The translations under genes and the position numbers were made by a program. Shown here piece after piece: positions 26,326 to 26,887 of a stretch of 26,887 bases of DNA. The stretch covers positions 1 to 26,887 of IMG/VR virus record IMGVR_UViG_3300027754_000363. The stretch is one strand, 5' to 3'. This stretch comes from a virus (Duplodnaviria; Caudoviricetes). The notes beneath the pieces are model-generated. The model saw only the letters and a program-made list of their open reading frames with translations, was not told the origin of the DNA and made no database searches. Each line of letters begins with the position of its first letter. Positions within the stretch are counted from its first letter, which is position 1.

Positions 26326-26793
26326 ATGGCAACAATGAACGAATGCGCAATCAAGCGTAGACAAGAAATCGCAAACATGATTGGCGAAGAAACTTTAGCA
26401 ATTGGAACGCTAGGTTCTGTAATTGATTATAACGGCAATCAAGCAAACGGCGAACCCGTAAACGCGCAAGCACTAGCCCAAATTTTAATTGACCAAGCGG
26501 GCGTAGAAGTTGAAAAGCATATTCAAAACATATTTGCGGAACTTGCCGCCGAAATAGCCGAACTGGAAAAAAAAGCGGATTTCAAAACTAGGGAAATTTC
26601 CAAAACTTTTAAAGCGGTGCGCCGAGAATTGCGGCTTGAAGCAAAAAAAGATAACTGCAATTTTAATATGCTTTTCCTAGGGTTTAAAAGCATGGCGCAT
26701 AATTTAAGTAACGCCGCGCATATTCGCGCCAAGGCGTATACGGTAGCAATCAAGAATACGCAAATTTGGAATTTGAATAATTGGTTCAAATAA
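26326..26793 (+). CDS. Hypothetical coiled-coil protein (cassette ORF)
   Basis: ATG at the conserved module position; heptad-rich middle. Confidence 0.78.
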   Translation: MATMNECAIKRRQEIANMIGEETLAIGTLGSVIDYNGNQANGEPVNAQALAQILIDQAGVEVEKHIQNIFAELAAEIAELEKKADFKTREISKTFKAVRRELRLEAKKDNCNFNMLFLGFKSMAHNLSNAAHIRAKAYTVAIKNTQIWNLNNWFK

Positions 26794-26880
26794 AAAAATA
26801 GCCAGTACAAGCGGGCGCGCCAATTGGGGCGCGTCCGCGCTAGCATGAACGCAAGCCGCCAAGCGCGGCATAGGAACAAA
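26792..26880 (+). promoter_or_regulatory. Variant intergenic module: A-tract-GCCAG motif, GC hairpin, start-associated hairpin
   Basis: AAAAAAATAGCCAGTAC, GCGGGCGCGCC..GGCGCGTCCGC, GCCGC-CAAGC-GCGGC, AGGA, then ATG 26881 (gene truncated by the window edge). Confidence 0.65.
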
Positions 26881-26887
26881 ATGAAAT

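Overview
The window is 26.9 kb of a tailed dsDNA (siphovirus-type, HK97-like) phage genome, and every credible gene lies on the + strand. 169-17666 is the morphogenesis region: P27-type TerS, TerL, portal, prohead protease, MCP, head-tail joining proteins, tail tube, G/GT chaperone, tape measure and unusual Cys-rich distal-tail genes. It carries extra paralogs: two capsid-fold genes, three tail-tube-like genes and two small post-MCP proteins. 17721-18693 is a membrane/lysis cluster with a u-spanin-like lipoprotein and no recognisable endolysin. 18641-26887 is an early/accessory region (HTH, YqaJ exonuclease, ERF-like SSAP, ParB-like, DUF932, small unknown ORFs) built as a cassette array. Unrelated ORFs sit between conserved intergenic modules: four promoter + covarying-hairpin modules (type A) and three covarying two-hairpin modules (type B). 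All seven end in a CCGC-CNNGY-GCGG hairpin 17-18 nt before the start codon, and an eighth copy sits at the window end. Other signals are a dispersed A/T-tract-NN-GCCAG motif (about 25 copies, both strands), a ~270-nt highly pairable non-coding stretch and apparent avoidance of several 4-mer palindromes. Family names come from motif recognition by eye; no database searches were run.
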